DNA of 64,000 nt from Magallana gigas (taxonomy: Eukaryota): NCBI RefSeq assembly GCF_963853765.1, contig NC_088861.1, positions 2,170,001 to 2,234,000 of the forward strand, given 5' to 3'. Position numbers and translations under genes: made by a program. Below are positions 61,901-64,000 of this stretch, in pieces. Each line of letters begins with the position of its first letter. The stretch's first letter is position 1. The notes below the pieces were generated by a model. The model made no database searches and was not told the DNA's origin. It was given only the letters and a program-made list of their open reading frames with translations.

Positions 61901-64000
61901 TTACTACTATGTATAATAATCAAACAATCCAATGGAGAATTAAGAGATATAAATGATGTACAATTTCATTTTCAAACTTTTTTCAAATTAAATAATTACT
62001 GTATATGATATAGACTTTAATTATCAGGTTCTTTTCCTGTTCAGTAATATAAAAACAGCACAAAATACAAAGAGGCTTGATATTTTTCTATCTTAACAAC
62101 TACTTCGTTAAAACGTATTCAATGATGGTATAAAGCGCCATCGGGCATTTTTTAAGGTACGAAGCATGCTTTACTCGTCACAAACCCCGATCATTTTCTT
62201 AAATATTGAGAAAAGCAACTTCCCCATTCTTTTTTTTTTATATCTCTGTGCCCACAGCTATGAGGATACATCATTAACATGCCGTGTTAATAGGTAGAGA
62301 AAAATAAAGGTCCCTAAAACATATTTTAAAACTGTACAGAAACGTTCTGATCAATTAACGAATTTATTGTCATGTTTATAATAGCTTAAACTGTTAAAAT
62401 GTAAACTTAATTCGTCTAAGTGATGCAGCCATCATAAATTTATAAAGTTTTTAGTTTGCACTAACTCCACTCGGGATTTATTTAAAAATATTATTAACTT
62501 TTATGTACAATAATTTGAGGATCTTTTAAAAATTACAACCCCTATAAATATATAAAGAATATACAAAAAACATAAATAGTATACGCGTCAATTCTCATTC
62601 GTAAACTGCCAGTTGAGGAATGATCCATGGCCATTGCAAAAGTAAGTAAAAGTTGATATTTTATTTATTTGGAACAAAAAGAAAAATTGTCTGCGACAAA
62701 GAAAAAGGTCGTGAACATAAAGTGCAGTCGTATACATAATATGTTACAGTTTTTTTACTTGCACATAAAATCCAACATGCATTTGTTTATGAATAAAGAA
62801 TTTATATGTATTCGGATTTCATGCCTTGTTGTAAAAGGACAATTAATGTCACTTAAAATCTTTTAAATATTGTTTGGAAATCCAGCAATGCACTTTAAGC
62901 TGAAAAATCGCCTACATATATTTACTTACGAAACTGATAGGTGGAACGAAGGGCGCTGGGACAGATTTGAAGGAGACGTTATCTCTTTCATTGCTTGAAT
63001 ATGTCGCTAATCTGCAATAAACCAAAATCAAAGTCAGTCCAAAATGACAATTCTTCCTCCTAACATTTTGTTTGTTTACCCTATCCCTGTCAAAATTTAT
63101 TTTCAGCAATACAGGATATAAATATAGTGCATATTTGTAAACATGGACTTAATAAGTAAAAAAAAAACCGACGAAGGTCATGAATTAAAACAATATATTT
63201 GGCAGGCATGTAAACAAATAAATCCAATATAAAACGCAAAAAAGATGCATGCCGTTTAAGACGGACTTTAATTAATGTAGACATTTTCATTTTACGTCAG
63301 GTTAATATTGTTTGGCCACCTCGCATGAACATGTTCTCATCTACTACGTTTCACAAATACTATGCAACTATGTGGATATAAGTAGATGATCAAATAAACT
63401 CATTTTAGTTTTAAAAGACACATCATGCAAGAATTCGTCGGTGTAGATTAATTTTATGACATAAGGTTAATCAATTAAATAATGTTTATTACATATAATC
63501 TAAAAGAAGAAGAAAAAATGAAAAATAATAATATGATATAAAATATTGTTTGATATAATCATATCGTCTTATTTTAGATGATGTGTATAATACACACGAT
63601 TCACGTTTCACTACGGTATGTTAAACTAGAATTATTTAAAATAACTATATGTGTTATGAAACTCCAAATGCCTTCATTTGTGACAGATGTGTTTTTGCAT
63701 CTGTCATCTCCCTCTATAATATCCAGATTTTAATGATGAACTTTTACGACCTGTACTTCTCTCTGTCGTCGTTTAATGTTACGTTATCTAATGAATGATC
63801 ATGAAAGAGCGCGCAAAAATATTAAGGAAGATTAGTAGATTTTTTGGAGAGGTAGCAGGTTCAATTTAAGCATTATGGTGATAATTAAAGATTATGTGTG
63901 CAAAATCATTAAACTATCGAGCAAATGAGAAGACGATATATGAATATCTGGTGTAAAAAAATTTGTAGATTGCTTCAAATGACTGAGATGGAAATTTGCC

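Noticed and set aside
62613-63030. Possible exons giving LRNDPWPLQKWNEGRWDRFEGDVISFIA* (C-type-lectin-like WND resemblance)
   Set aside because: Too short, no lectin cysteines, and cannot be linked in frame to the upstream exons with confidence.

Overview
AT-rich animal genomic DNA with spliceosomal introns and two N-gaps. It is most consistent with a bivalve, probably an oyster (inferred from the SOD2 N-terminus and the repeat landscape; not database-checked). From left to right, the gene models I reconstructed by hand from splice sites and reading phase are: the 5' half of WTAP/fl(2)d (minus), head-to-head with a complete 4-exon mitochondrial MnSOD (SOD2, plus); a 2-exon MYND zinc-finger gene (minus); an 8-exon gene for a stand-alone EF-hand/linker-SH2 protein with a GC-AG intron (plus); a secreted protein with two 8-Cys CX3C modules; two intact 5-exon TIMP-like genes lacking the Cys3 disulfide, plus three orphan copies of their last exon; and a duplicated micro-exon single-pass membrane-protein gene (one copy intact-looking with ITIM-like motifs, one pseudogenised), next to a divergent single-pass membrane gene. 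Comparing the two paralogous copies shows a single ~4.9 kb Helentron/HINE-like insertion with cargo in one copy and an 866-bp Helitron in the other, about 60 bp apart in the same intron. Several MITEs and microsatellites are also present. There are no CRISPR, rRNA or intact tRNA genes.
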